Below, piece by piece: positions 12,301 through 25,549 of a stretch of DNA of 64,000 bases. The first letter of the stretch is position 1, and each line of letters begins with the position of its first letter. Both the position numbers and the translations under genes were made by a program. Source of the DNA: Hemiscyllium ocellatum (lineage: Eukaryota); NCBI RefSeq assembly GCF_020745735.1, contig NC_083417.1, positions 63,922,001 to 63,986,000 of the forward strand. Reading direction: 5' to 3'. Below the pieces are notes generated by a model that saw only the letters and a list, made by a program, of their open reading frames with translations, had not been told where the DNA came from and did not search any database.

Positions 12301-14432
12301 ATGTCAGGGGTGGGTTCTTTACACAGAGAGTGGTGGGGCCATGGAATGCGCTGCCTGTGGCAGTGGTAGAGTCGGAATCATTGACGACCTTTAAGCTGCA
12401 ATTAAATAGGTACATGGATGGGTGCTTAATCTAGGATAGATGTTTGGCACAACATCGTGGGCCGAAGGGCCTGTTCTGTGCTGTACTGTTCTATGTTCTA
12501 TGTTCTATGACTAAAGACGGACAAATATGGGAAGAATATTGGGAATGTAGGACCAATCTGAAATGAGGGATTAACAGGGCTAAATGGGGGCATGATATAT
12601 ATTTAGCAAATTGGGTTAAGGAAAATCCCAAAGCCTTTTATTCATATATAAGGAGCAAAAGGGTTACTAGAGAAAGGGTTGGTCCTCTCAAGGGCAAAGA
12701 GAGAAAATTTATGTGTGGAGTCAGAGAAAATTGGTGAGATTCTTAATGAGCAATTTGCATCAGCATCCATCGAGGGGAGGAACATGGCAGATGTTGGAGA
12801 TGACGCATAGATGTTTAATTACTCTAGGTCACGTTAGCATAAGGAGGGAGGAAATGTTGGGTATTCTAAAATGCATTAAGGTGGTCAAGTCCCCAGGTAC
12901 GGATGGGATCTATCTCAGGTTATGGAGGAAAGTGAAAATGGAAAGAACTGAGCCTTAACAGATATCTTTGCAACATACTTGAACATGGGTGAGGTCTTGA
13001 TCGACTGGAGAATTGCTAATGTTGTCCTCTTGCATGAGAATTGTAACAATGATGATCCAGATAATTATAGACTGGTGAGCCTGACATTAGTGATAGGAAA
13101 GCTGCTGGAGAAGATACTAAGGGATAGGATCTATTCCCATTTGGAAGAAAATGGGCTTATCAGTGATAGGCAACATGGTTTTGTGCTTGGAACATCATGC
13201 CTTACCTACTTTATTGAATGCTTTGACGAAACAACAAAGTTGATTGATGAGGGAAGGGCTGTAGATTTTACATACATATTCTCCAGTAAGGCATTTGATA
13301 AGGTTCCTCATAGTAGGCTGATGGAGAAAGTGAAATCACATGGGCTCCATGGTGCATTAGCTCAATGGATGAAGACCTGGCTGGGAAACAGGAGACAGAG
13401 AGTAGGAGTAGAGCGGATTTTCTCAAAATGGAGAACTGTGACCAGTGTGTTCCATAGGGATTCATGCTGGAACCACTGTTGTTCGTGATATACACAAAAT
13501 GATCTGGAGGAAGATACACGTGCTCTGATTAGCAAGTTTGCAGATAACACTCAGATTGGCGGAGTAGAAGATGGTTAAAAGCATTGTCTGAGAATGCAGC
13601 AGAGTATATAAATTGGAGAGTTGGGTGGAGAAATGGCAGTTGGATTCAATCTGGGAAAATGTGAGGTGATGCATTTTAGAAGATCCAATTCAAAAGCAAT
13701 CTATACAAGAAATGGAAAAGTCCTCGGGAAAATTGATGTACAGAAAGATGTATTTGTTCAGGAACTCTGTACCCTGCAAGTGGCAATGCAGTTCAATAGA
13801 GTGGTCAAGAAAGAATACAGTATGCTGTCCTTCATTGGACAGAGTATTGAGTACAACAGTTAGCAGAGCATATTACAATTGTATAAGACATTAGTTTGGC
13901 CACATTTGAAATACAGCAGATAGTTCTTTTCGACACATTACGAAAAGGATATGGATGCTTTGAAGAGGATGCACAGGAGGTTCACTGTGATGTTGCCTGG
14001 TATGGAGAACACTAGCGATGAAGAGTGGTTGAGTAGATAGTATTATTCTTATTAGAAAGGCGGAGGTCGAGTGGACCTGATTGAGGTCTACAAAATCATG
14101 AGATGTATAGACAGATTGGAAAGCAAGAAGCTTTTTCCCAGAGTGGTGGACTCAATTACTAGGGGTCATGAGTTAAAAATGCGAGGGGAAATATTTAGGT
14201 AGATATGCATGGATAGTTCTTTACGTAGAGGGTGATGAGTGCCTGGAACACGTTGCCAGCAGAAATGGAAGTGGCAAGCATAATACCATCATTTAAAATG
14301 TGTCTAGATAAATGAATGGACAGGGAGCAGCGGGGTAAATATCCTTAGAAAATAAATGACAGGTTTATCAGAGGATCTGGATCAGGGTTGGAGGGCTAAA
14401 GGGCCTGTTCCTGTGCTGTAATTTTATTTGTT
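9320..14432 (+). mobile_element. Older CR1 ORF2 relic (9320-9724 and 12510-14432) hosting the young CR1
   Basis: SDHNSV, REPW, KSPGTDG, YRLVSLT and SKAFDKVPH motifs with stops and frameshifts; CR1 3' end. Confidence 0.9.
9725..12509 (+). mobile_element. Young, 5'-truncated CR1/HER1 LINE with near-complete ORF2 (APE endonuclease plus RT)
   Basis: [39 protein letters not shown] and FADD motifs; 682-aa ORF at 10018-12066; frameshifts near 9852, in the C21 run and near 12003; (TTCTATG)n tail. Confidence 0.97.
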
Positions 14433-15349
14433 CTTTGGTCTTTGTCTCTTTGCATGTCTAACTGTCATACAGCTCACATTGGTATCCACCTGGGAGAAAG
14501 TGAGGACTGCAGGTACTGGAGATCAATGGCAGAAAGTCTGATGCTGGAAAAGCACAGCCGGTCAGGCAGCAGAGGAATCATTACTGATGAAGAGCATATG
14601 CTCGAAACATCGATTCTCTTGATCGACTGTGCTTTTCCAGCACCACACTCTTTTAATTCAGGGATTCACCTGTCGAAGACCAAGCCCTAACTTCAGCAAT
14701 ATGTACTTTCCCAGTTCCTATGACTTCTGAAGTACTATCATTGGATCCAAAACATTAACTCTGCCTTCTTTCCAAAGATGCTGTCAGACCTGCTGAGTTT
14801 CTTCAGCTTTTCCGCGTTTTTTCGGGCAGTTACTGTCTTCGTTCTGTCATCGACTTTCGTCATAATCATTAACACGTCGCTTAACCAATTTGTTGGCTTA
14901 TGCTTGTGGAATTTGTTCGATTTATTTTCTTGGCAACGAGTAGCCAGAACTTTTATACATGTTTGAATTGGAAAGCCCGGCATTTTCTACATGTTGGTAG
15001 CAGCTGACATCTGTTTCTCGACTTCAGTTCAGGTTACAGCGGCATCTTTTGGTCAATTTGAATTCCTGACGTTTGCAAATTCTACTCCAATCTTCTGCAG
15101 ACTGTCAGAATTATCAGACTGGGCATGCAAGTTGTTCAAAGAGAGATAGAGTCACAGAGATGTACAGAACGGAAACAAACTCTTTAGTCCAACTCGTCTA
15201 TGCTGACCAGTCATCCTTAATTACTCTAGTCCTATTTGCTAGCCCTGCATATTCATATACCCACCCAGATGCCTTTTAAATATTGGAATTGTACCAGCTC
15301 GCACCAATTCCTCTGGCAGTTCATTCCGTCGAAATTTCATGTGGAGATA

Positions 15350-16266
15350 TCATTTTCTGAATAGTATGGGTGTAATTTTGAACAGAATGGATATGAATAA
15401 AACACAGAAAGCAGAATGAAAGTATCTATGGAAGTTTTCAATGTAATCAATGTAATATTTGTTGCAATAGTTCAGAGTATGCTAATATACGAGGAAATGT
15501 GATAAATGCAGGCTGAGCATTGCTGAATCACGAAGAATTAGAATTTCAATGATCTGTCGACAGCACGGGTAAAGATTCATTTACATATAAGCTAGTTCTG
15601 GAAAACAGGTTCACCAGCTTTATATCGATTCTATAAATACTACTCAACTGCATACATGTACAACAAAACTGGCCCTCACATCTTCGGTTTTTAGCTGTTT
15701 GACGGTGACTGTCCAGATATGGTAGAGTAATTTTATTCATTAGTAGTGTCATACCGCGTCTGAAATGTCTTCAGGAATAGGTAAATCCAGAATCAACTAG
15801 TAAACACATTTCGAAATTCCGTTTCAATCTTTTCTTAATCATGTATTTATCCAAATGTTTTTTTAACGTTGTAACTATACCCACAATCCACCACTTCCTC
15901 AAGAAGTTCATTCCACACACTTAACCATGCTCTGTGTTAAGGAAAAAAATTTGCCCTTCATGTACTTTTTAAATCTTCCTCCTCTCACCTTAAAAATGTG
16001 CCTCCTGGTTTTGAAATCCCCCATCCTCGAGAAAAGACACCTGTCATTTCCATATCCCACATTATTTTGTTTTATATCTGACAGTGTTCGGAACCCCAGC
16101 TCCTGCAACAAGAAATAATTGTTGCCACATCACCTCAGTGCTGTAGACCATCGGGAACAGACAACAGACTGGTTTGAAAGTGAATGTGTTTCAACAGCTG
16201 TTGAGGACTTGCTGCAAAGCACAATTTTTCAGATGCAGTTACACAGAAAGCCGAACGAATTCTCAT
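15350..16266 (-). pseudogene. Degenerate TCR/IgL-like VJ relic split by a CR1 fragment
   Basis: GDVATIISC, DIKQNNV, IPEDISD, VTVKQLKTED(+2 nt)EGQFCC, J-like LFSRTSLYV, then a hydrophobic FHSAFCVLFISILFKITPILFRK*. Several frameshifts are needed. Confidence 0.4.
15838..16045 (-). mobile_element. CR1 3' fragment inserted into the VJ-like relic
   Basis: FSRMGDFKTRRHIFKVRGGRFK motif. Confidence 0.85.
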
Positions 16267-16664
16267 TTGAGTCTGAAGTATTCTTATGTTTTGAAAAGCG
16301 GAATGTGCTGCTATTTAAAACACTCAGATGACCTTGAATGGAGGAAGTTCTCAATGAAATACAACTCTCTACACCATTGGTACATTTGTAAAGCGTTCCC
16401 ACACAGTCAAAATTGTATGATAAAACGTCGACGTAATACACAAATTGATGTGCCAGAGTCAGATGTTACTGTGTAAAAAACATCACTTGTTTATGAAAAA
16501 TCTTTGAACGTCTTGGAATTCGGAAATGCGCGATTGAAAGCTCGATTTGTGTTTATTAGTCTCTAGCTTAAGCCTCCCTTATTTGTCTTCAACAAAAGGG
16601 CAACGATTCTAACTGTCCTGTTATATTAGTAAATGGTAATAAACAACAAACCAAAACTTAATGA

Positions 16665-16968
16665 AGATTAGATTATCTATAGTGTGGAAACAAACTCTTT
16701 GGCAAAACAAGTCCACTCCGACCCTTCAAAGTGTAACCCACCCGCTCTGACTAATGCACCTGACACCATGGACAATATAGCATGGCCAATTCACGTGACG
16801 TGCGCGTTTTCAGAACGTGGGGGGAAACGAGAGCACCAGAAGGAAACCCAGACAGACACGGGGAGAATGCGTAAACTCCACACAGATAGTCACCCAACGC
16901 TGCAACTGAACCCGGGAGCGTGGTACTGTGAGGCAACAGTGCTAATCACTGAGCCACTCTGCAGCCCT
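16665..16968 (-). mobile_element. HE1-type SINE
   Basis: Reverse complement of the SINE body with an (AATCT)n tail. Confidence 0.85.
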
Positions 16969-17965
16969 ATGGAGCTATAGCAGATTGGGGTGCTGGGTCC
17001 ACTGCTTTTTGTCATTTATATAAATGATTTGATGGTGAACATAGGAGGCATAGTTAGTGAGTTTGCAGATGGCGCCAAAATTTGTGGTGCGTCGGAGAGC
17101 TAAGAAGGTTATCTCAAATGATCAGGTGGGCTGATGGGCCAACGAATGGTAGATGGTGTTTAGGTTTGATAAAAGTGAGGTGCTGCATTTTGAAAATACA
17201 AATGAGGGCAGGACGTATGTACTTAATGGTAAGGTCCTGAAGAATGTTGCTCAAGAAAGAGACCTTGGAGTGCCGTTTCATAGTTCTTTGAAAGTGGAGT
17301 TGCAGGTACACAGATTAGTGAAGAAAGTGTTCGGCATACTTGCCTTTACTGGTCAGGGCACTGAGTATAGGAGCTGGGAGATCATGTTGCAGCTGTGCAG
17401 GACATTAATTCGGACACCCTTCCGAAATATTTCATTCAGTTCTGGTCTCCCTAATAAAGGAAGGATGTTGTGAAACTTGAAAGGGTGCACAAAAGATGTG
17501 TATAAATATTTTGCCAGAGTTGGCGAGTTTGACCTGTAGGGAGAAGCTGAATTGACTGAGGCAATTTTCCCTGAAGCATCGGAGGATGAGGGGTGACCTT
17601 ATAGAAGTTTATAAAATTATGAGGGGCATGGATAAGGTGAATAGCCAAGGTCATTGCCAAAGGGTATGGAAGTCCAAACCAAGAGGGCATAGTCCAAAAC
17701 TAAGGTGGAGGGGAAAGATTTAAAAGGGGCCTAAGAGGCAACATTTTGACGCAGAGGGTGGTGCGTGTGTGGAATGAGCTGCCAGACAAAGTGGTGGAGG
17801 GTGGTAAAATTACAATCTTGATAAGACATCTGGATCAGTACATGAATAGGATGGGTTGAGAGAGATATGTTTCAAATGTTGACAAATGGGACTAGATATC
17901 TGATTGACATGGGTGAGTTGGAATGAAGTGTCTGTTCACATACTGTACATTTCTATGCCTCGATG
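16969..17965 (+). mobile_element. CR1 RT 3' fragment
   Basis: GSVLGP-like start, KSEVLHF, QERDLGV and WNELP motifs, tail. Confidence 0.9.
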
Positions 17966-18799
17966 ACATCTCAAGGAAGCAGTCAGGAGATCATTGGGGG
18001 AACATCAAATACTATTCATCACCTTTCGGAGCCAATGGACATTGGCTCCCAAATCGTATGTCCTTTATACAATTAGCAACAAGTCCTGCCTAGCCGAAGT
18101 TAATCAGAATTGAATTGATCAAGCTCTGAGTTCTGGCCTGAAAGAGTTGATAAATATCAGCTTTTGGCCATGGAGCCACGAATGAGAAGATGTTTGAAAT
18201 TATACTGCTTCCACTGGGAATGGGATGCCCTCAAGGCATTGGAGAGAGACTGTGAAACCAAGGGGCATCCTGTGACTTAAGCTGGACCAAAATACATAGC
18301 AGAACAATATCCTTAAATTCACTGCCATGATTTGATATGTATTATTTATAATATAAACTAAATTTCCTGTTTACTGAACAAGATTGTCTCCCATTGCCTA
18401 ATTGGTTGCAATCTCAAATTAACGTATTAATATTGAGTATATGACCCCTAAAATGTGTAAAACTGTACATCCTGATATTATAAAGACAGAATGGGAACAT
18501 CTGGTTTGTGCAACGAATCATATTGCCAGGCCAACAGCGGTATCAAGGTGGGGAAGGCTTAAGTTTGTGGACTTTTTGAGAACCAGCCAGTGACTCAGAC
18601 AATATGTATGAATGATTTGGAGATGCCAGTGTTGGACTGGGGTGTACCAAGTTAAAAATGATGAAGGAGCGTCGCTCCAAAAGCTAGTGTGCTTCCAATT
18701 AAACTTGTTGGACTATCACCTGGTGTTATGTGATTTTTAAATATATATGAAGTGAGAGTAGAAAAGGGGTGTAGCAAAGGAGTATGAACATGCTCACAG

Positions 18800-19480
18800 A
18801 AAGTTTGGATGCAGGGTACTGGGTTCTGTTTAAAGAAAAATGTTTTTGAAAGTTCTTGCCTAACACCGTCAAAACTGGCCTTTCTAAAACTTAGAACTTC
18901 AACTTTTAGATCTGGTCTATCCTTTTCCATCACTATTTTAAATCCAGTAGAATTATGGTGTCTTGATCCAAAGTACTCCCCCACTGACAACTCAGTCACC
19001 TGCCCTGCCTTATCTCCTAAGAGTAGGTTTTGCACACTCTCTAGCAGGTACACCGACATATTGAATCAGAAACTTTTCTTGGACACACTTAACAAATTCC
19101 TCTCCATCTAAACACTAAACACGATGGCAGTCGCCTACCATAATTCCCCTATTATTCATACAGATGACTGAGCGCTCCTTACAAGTTTGTTTCTCAATTT
19201 CCCTCTGACTATTAGGGAGTCTATATACAACCCCATTAAGGTGATCATCCCCTTCTTATTTCTCAGTTCCACCCAAATTACTTCCCTGGATGCATTTCCA
19301 GGAGTATCCTCCCACAACACAACCGTAAGACGTTTATCAAAAACGCTAATCCCCACCCCTCCTCTCTTCCCTCCCTTTCTATCCTACCTGTAGCATTTGT
19401 AACCTGGAACATGAAGCTACCAGTCCTGCCCATCCCAGAGCCATGTTAATAAGACCTGTAAAACCTTTATCCATGCACTA
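18800..19480 (-). mobile_element. CR1 APE-domain fragment
   Basis: EVIWVELRNKKG and SVGEYFG..H..FKIVMEKDRPD motifs. Confidence 0.85.
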
Positions 19481-20329
19481 CAATTTGATTTACTAATTTC
19501 CTCTCTGGCACCTTATCAAAGGCCTTCTGAAACTCCAAAAACACCATCTCCACTTGTTGTCCTTCATGCATGCCACTAGACAATCCTCAAAACACTCCAA
19601 TAGCTTTTTCAAACATGATATCCCTATCATCATTCCATTGTGTCAATGTTCTATTTTACAATTATGTTCTAAGTATCCAGAGATGACAAACAAATATATT
19701 AAATAGGAGAAGAAATAAACCATTCAGTTCTTTTGAATCATTACATATTCAGTTTGTGTTTCAAATTCTGCATTCCGTATTACTCCCATTTCCCTTTAAT
19801 TCTTCTGCCTGAAGTCAATCCATCTATTTCTGTGTTACAAATAGTCACTGATCTCACCTCCACCACCTTCTGGTGGATATGAAATTCCACAAACTTCTGA
19901 GACAAAGAAATTCCCTCATCTCTGGTTTGAAAAACTACTCACAATTTTAAAGCAACATCCCTCGTTTCGGATTCTCTCACTTGAGGAAATATCTACGTCA
20001 TATTCAACTCATCAAGAAAATGTGTGATCTATCCACCAAATGATGTCTACAGGGTCTCCTCTATCTACAGCACGCATTACTGCTTCAAAGAATTCTGGCA
20101 AACTAATTACTCGTGAGTTCTCTTTGATATAACCATTTTGACTCTTCCTGATGGCCAAGAATTTCTGTTCACAACTGCAGAAGATGATCATTGGCCTTAT
20201 ATGTCACCAAAGTATCTTGAGGTGTGAAAAAGGGAATTAGAAAAATGCTGCATAATGATACTCAGTAAATTTGAGCGCACTTTTCCATACTTCAGAAAAA
20301 GGAAGTTTCCAAGCTGAAGGCTGTTTGGA

Positions 20330-20875
20330 AAAGTTAACTATCATATATTTTTGAGACAAGCTGCAAAAAAGGTTAAAGCAGTACTAAAGCATCATTTTGA
20401 GCTTGCCATCATCTGTAAAAACAAAACAAATTTAAAAAATAATGCCTGTTTCACTGCTTCTTTAGGCAAAGAGCTTTAGAACAAATATTAATAATGGCAA
20501 TCTACAGCATGCCACTTGGTGTTTCCGCAATAGCAAGACAACTGGATTATTTGTCTAAAGGCATCAATCAGCAACTCCAGAAGGACCTGAAGGACTGCAA
20601 ATACTTCGCATTACAATTCCATGAATTCATCATTATGACGGACTTATATCAACTCATCACTTTTTTTGCACATGGTTTTTGAAGACATAAAAAATAAAGA
20701 TAATATTCTCAATATTTTACCCAATGGAGAGAGAATAAGGAATGAGAATATTGATAACAAATTCAGAAAGTACAAGCTTGACAAAATCATTCTAATCAAT
20801 AAACCTGTTTCCATCCCAACTAATGGTGCACCATCCAATTTTGGCGCTTGGAATTTCCAGATTGGTTATTGATTT
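20330..20875 (+). mobile_element. hAT transposase relic of the Buster/SPIN/GTF2IRD2 type
   Basis: LKDCKYFALQFHE..TD..QLI matches the family motif FSLALDESTD..AQL; KPVSIPTNGAPS matches KLVSxTTDGAPxM; frameshifted. Confidence 0.7.
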
Positions 20876-20909
20876 TCCTTCCTTTGTTAATTGTAACTAT
20901 GTATCACAT

Positions 20910-21120
20910 TAGGGGGTCAATTCAGCTCAAGTGGGTGGTTTGCATTGCAGAATGATGCCAACAGTCTGGATTCAATCACTGCACTGGCTGAGGTTACCAG
21001 GAAGGATTCTCCCCCACAACCTTCCCCTTGGCCCAAAGTGTGATGATCCTCAGGTAAAATCAGCACTAAACATCTCTCTATAAGGAAGGAGAAGACCTAT
21101 GGGCTGTTAAGAATACAATG
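20910..21120 (+). mobile_element. Old DeuSINE/SacSINE-like element
   Basis: tRNA-like 5' end (agctcaagtgg..ggattcaatc) and a ctggctgaggttacca..cctcaggtaaaatca body. Confidence 0.5.
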
Positions 21121-21269
21121 ATTTCTGTATATCACATTCAACTTAATATGAAATTCTTTCATATTATGACCACTATTTCTCAAAGGCCAGGTGATTAATT
21201 GAGTGCTTCTTCGCTACATAGTATTCAATCCAAAATAGGCCAAATCAGGGAGAGGAATATAAAAACCAG

Positions 21270-21715
21270 TTTTTTAACACAGTTTTGAACATGGGAAATC
21301 ATCTCTCACAAATTTGATTTATCTATTTTAAGAAGTGACAAAAAAGACTGATGAGGGCAGAGTGGTGGTGGTTATGTATAGAGCTCTTCAGCAAGGCATT
21401 TAACATGGATCGTCATACTACAATAGTAAGCAAGATTACTTCACATGGAACTCAGGGAGAGCTAGCCATGCGAATACACAATTGGCTTGATGATAGAAGA
21501 CAAAGGGTCATGGTGGAGAATTGTTTTTTTCAGAGTGGAGGCCTGCGAGCAGTTGTGTGCTGCAAGGATTGGTGTTGGGTCTATTGCATTTTATTATTTA
21601 CATGAATGATTTGGATGTGAATATAAAGTAATGAGCAGTAAGTCTGACACCGAAATTATTGGTATAGTGGACAGTGAAAAAGGTTATAGTGGACAGTGAA
21701 GAAGATCATCTCCTT
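21270..21715 (+). mobile_element. CR1 RT fragment
   Basis: FSKAF..HG.QGEL..I.NWL..RRQRV motif. Confidence 0.8.
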
Positions 21716-22104
21716 TTTGAAAGATTTTGAACTGCTAGGAGCAAAATCAGAAAGCAAAACGTCCATATAATATTATCAAAACCAAACAACTGTGAATGTT
21801 GGAATTTCGAAACAAAAACATAAATTTCAGGAAAATGCAGCGATTTACCTGCACTTCACTAAATCTAGTCAATTGTATTCATTGCTCACAATGTCTAACA
21901 ATGAGGCATATTGGTGGCATATAGATAACTCCCATCCATGACTTCATTACAATGCTCTTTGTTGTTACCACTCAAACTGAATCCACTTCAGGATGCATTT
22001 CATTGGAAATCTCACCAGTCACTATCACTCTGATATTTGCCTTTATTAAAACTGCCTCATATCCTTTTCTAATTTGACTATTCTTCGAGAACATTGAATA
22101 GCCT

Positions 22105-23940
22105 TGAATATAAAACACACAACACCAGTTATAATGTAAAAGGTTTATTTGCTCCTTCATCTGGCAGTTTTGCAGAAGGACCATAAGACTCAGAAAGCAT
22201 GGCAAAAGGTTACAATGTAATGCAACTGAAATGACATCTTGAACCCACTTAGATTACTGTAAAATCTTTCAACTTTTAGAATGGGTTGCAGGTTTCGGTT
22301 CATTAGCATGGAACTCCCAGAACTCCTTGTAGGTTAAATTCACGAAATAACTTAAGGTTTTATTTTTAGAAAGGTGATATCTCAGCTCAGACAATGCATT
22401 AAAGATGTAACGTTAGAGACTGTCTGTATGCTAATGTTGAGTCAGATTAGTTCTAGCTTATGAGATAGTCGCCATTGGCCAAGTCACAAGAGTGCCTGCT
22501 GCATACATGGCAGATGGTGTCCCCACATGTAATGGTAGTATCTGTGTCGACATTCAGACACTTTGGCAGTGGTTGCCATGACAGAGTAGTACGGTGTTGT
22601 GGTCGATGTTGTTCTGAAAACTGGGCAGCTTGCTACGTACAATGATCTGCTTTAGGTTTAGGGGTTGTTTAAGGTGTGAATTGGAGGCAAAAGGGAAGGT
22701 TTCGGTGAGGTGCTCATCCTCATCGAAAATGTTTTGCAAGCTGTGAAGAACATGGTGTAGTTTTCCCCCTCTGGGAAGTACTGGACAACGAAGGGTACCC
22801 TGTCAGTTGCATTCCATGTCTGTCTCTTGAGGAGGTCATTACAGTTTCTCACTGTGGCACGTCAGATCTAGCGATCAATGAGTTGAGCATCTGTTCTTAT
22901 GAGGGTACCCTTGAACACCTTCAGGCATCTGCCATGCTTCTCCTCATCTGTGCAGAACCTGTGTACCTGTTGGGCTTGTCAATAGAGGATGGTTGTTTAA
23001 ATAGGATGAATAGCTTCTAGGGTGGAAGCTAGACAAGTGTAACATCATGAGGCTATCCATGAGTTTGCAGTAGAATGAGATTCTGAAGTGCCCACCTTTG
23101 ATGAAGATGCCTGTATCCAAGAATGAAACTCATGCTGAAGAGTAGTCCATGGTAACTCTGATGGAGGGATGAAACTCGTTGTAGTTGTTTCTGTGATAGC
23201 TTGCCATGGGTCCAGAGGATGTCATTATCATATCAGAAAATGGGACGAAGTCTGATTATGTCAAAGGCAACTTGAAATCCATTGTACTGGGGACTCCAGC
23301 TCCAATTGCAACACTACAGATTTGTAACAGAAACTCAGCACCCACAGACGAGTCGAACCAGGAGCTTTGTGAGAGTGTGTCACATGCACACAGTCACTTC
23401 TCTCTCTCTCGCTTGCTCGTGCACGTGCACACACATATAATTCTGCATGGTGATGTTGCATTTGCAAAATTTTATTTGCAGATACTTTCCATTTTTCTCA
23501 AAGAAATCACAAATTGCATCCAGACAATGGAGACAGTCAATCTAGACCATACTTTGGAAGTGGAACCAGTCTGATTCAAGATTGGGATGCAGACGGATCT
23601 TTATACCTTTAATGAATCGTCTGAGTTGCGATATCACCTTTAAAAAAAAATCTCGAGAATTTAACTTAAAATAAGTTCTGGAATTTACATATATATGAAC
23701 TGAAACCTGAAACCATTCGAAATGATGAAAGACTTCAATGCAATCTGGATTTGCTCAAGATATCATTTTACTTGCATTACAATGCAACCTTAAGTTATAA
23801 ATTCTGAGTCTTATGGTCTTGCTCCACAATTACCGGATGAAGGAGCAGTGCCCTGAAAGCTCGTGCTTCCAAATACAGCTAAACCTGTTGGATATAACCT
23901 GGTGTTGCGTGATTTTTAACTTTGTCCATCCCAGTCCAAT
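22105..23940. mobile_element. Penelope-like element relic with inverted terminal arms
   Basis: Minus-strand TDRVPFVVQYFP..DEDEHL..KQP.NLKQIIVRSKLP..CHGN.C; arms about 22105-22460 and 23560-23940 are reverse complements. Confidence 0.8.
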
Positions 23941-24449
23941 ACTGGCTCCTCCACATCATAGCCTTGAATTTGGATTTGTCAAAATTGGACACTCTGCAAG
24001 CACGCCCCTGTCATGGCTATCAGCTCATTTTATGCTTTCAACATTTTTCTCTTCTTAGTTTAGCTTTCTGTTAACCTGCCTGATTGTCAGATTCATCAGC
24101 TATGGTAAAGTCCTCGCTAGAACTAAATCAGCTACTCATGTGTGAGTTCAAATTGGAATATAACTTCAAGTTGATGATCCATTATCTGCTTTCATTCTAT
24201 TTGATTTTACCGATGCATGTTGTCTGTTTTGTTGTCCTGTATCATTAATTTCATGGTCAACTTTTTCTTCCTTTTTCAAGCTATCTGAAAATTTTCTTTT
24301 TCTAAGTTTTTTTTATTGTGGTCATGAAGCTGCTGTCCACTGAAAATTCTTAAATTGTCCCAGTTGGCCAGATTATCGCATTCATCGCCACCTGCTGGAT
24401 ACCCTTTGCAAATGGGATTTTCTTTTGGAGCTACAACGTTTGGTCAATA

Positions 24450-25545
24450 TGTCAGACAGTCAGAGAGATGGACAGCACAAAAACAGATCTTTCTTTCCAA
24501 CTCATCCATGCTGCCCAGATATCGCAAATTAATCTATTTCGACTTGCCAACGTTTGGCAAGTTCCACCAAATCCTTCCAGTTCATATATCTATCTAGATG
24601 CCTTTTAAATGTTGTAATGGTACCAGTCTCCACCACTTGCTCTGGCAGCTCATTCCAGATATGCATTACCCCCTGCATGAAAAAACTGCCACTTAGGTCC
24701 CTGTTAAATATTCCCCCTCTCACCTTTAACCTATGACTAACAGTTTTGAACTCCTCTAGTGAAGGAAAGGACCTTCACTATTCACCCTATCCAAGCTCCT
24801 CATGATTTTCCAAACTTCTATAAGGAAATCCCTCAGCCTCCAACGTCCCAGAGAAAGCAATCCCAGTCTATTCGACTTTTTCTTTTAGCTCAAGCCCATC
24901 AACCCTGGTAACATCCTTCTGAATGTTTTCTGAACCATTTCACTTTCAACAAAGCTTTTCCTACAACATGGAGACCAGAACTCAATATAGTGTTCAACGA
25001 TGCCAAACTAATGTCCCATAACTTCCAACTCCTATTCTCAATGAACTGACCAATAAATGCATGTGTACTAAACACCCTGTCTACCTGTGACTCCACTTTC
25101 AAGGAGCTACAAATCTTTGCTCCAAGGTCACTCTTTTAGGAAATATTCTGCCAGGGCCTTACCATTAAGTATTTACATCCTGCCCTGATTTGCCATGACG
25201 GAAGATCGTAGCTCACATTTATCAAGATTAAACTCCATCTGCCACACATCAGCTCATCAAGCCAACTGATTAAGACCTCTTTGTACTCTAAAGTAACCTT
25301 CTTGGCTGTCCACTACACCATCACTTTTGGTGTAATCTTCAAATGTACTAACTATGCCTTCTATATTCATATCCAAATCGTTTATAGGGATGCAGAAAAA
25401 CACTGAACCCAACACCAATCACAGTGGCACAAAGCTGGTCGCAGGCCTCCATTCTGAAATGAAAGCCTTCACCAGCATCATCTGTCTCCTACTTTCCAGT
25501 CCATTTTGTGTCCAAATGGTTAGCTCTTCCTGTATTCCATGTGTT
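24450..25545 (-). mobile_element. CR1 3' fragment
   Basis: KVESQVDRV and WNELPEQVVE motifs. Confidence 0.9.
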
Positions 25546-25549
25546 ATAA

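Noticed and set aside
16420-16475. DSGTSIC resembling the V-domain DSGxYxC motif
   Set aside because: Lacks the Tyr and has an in-frame stop just upstream with no other V features.
18028-18049. Small hairpin ggagccaat-ggac-attggctcc with two opposed CCAAT boxes
   Set aside because: 9-bp arms are expected occasionally by chance in 64 kb and no linked gene start is evident.
21991-22077. Plus-strand TM-like stretch with Lys (VTITLIFAFIKTASYPFLI*)
   Set aside because: Isolated among repeats with no upstream Ig exons on that strand; likely compositional.
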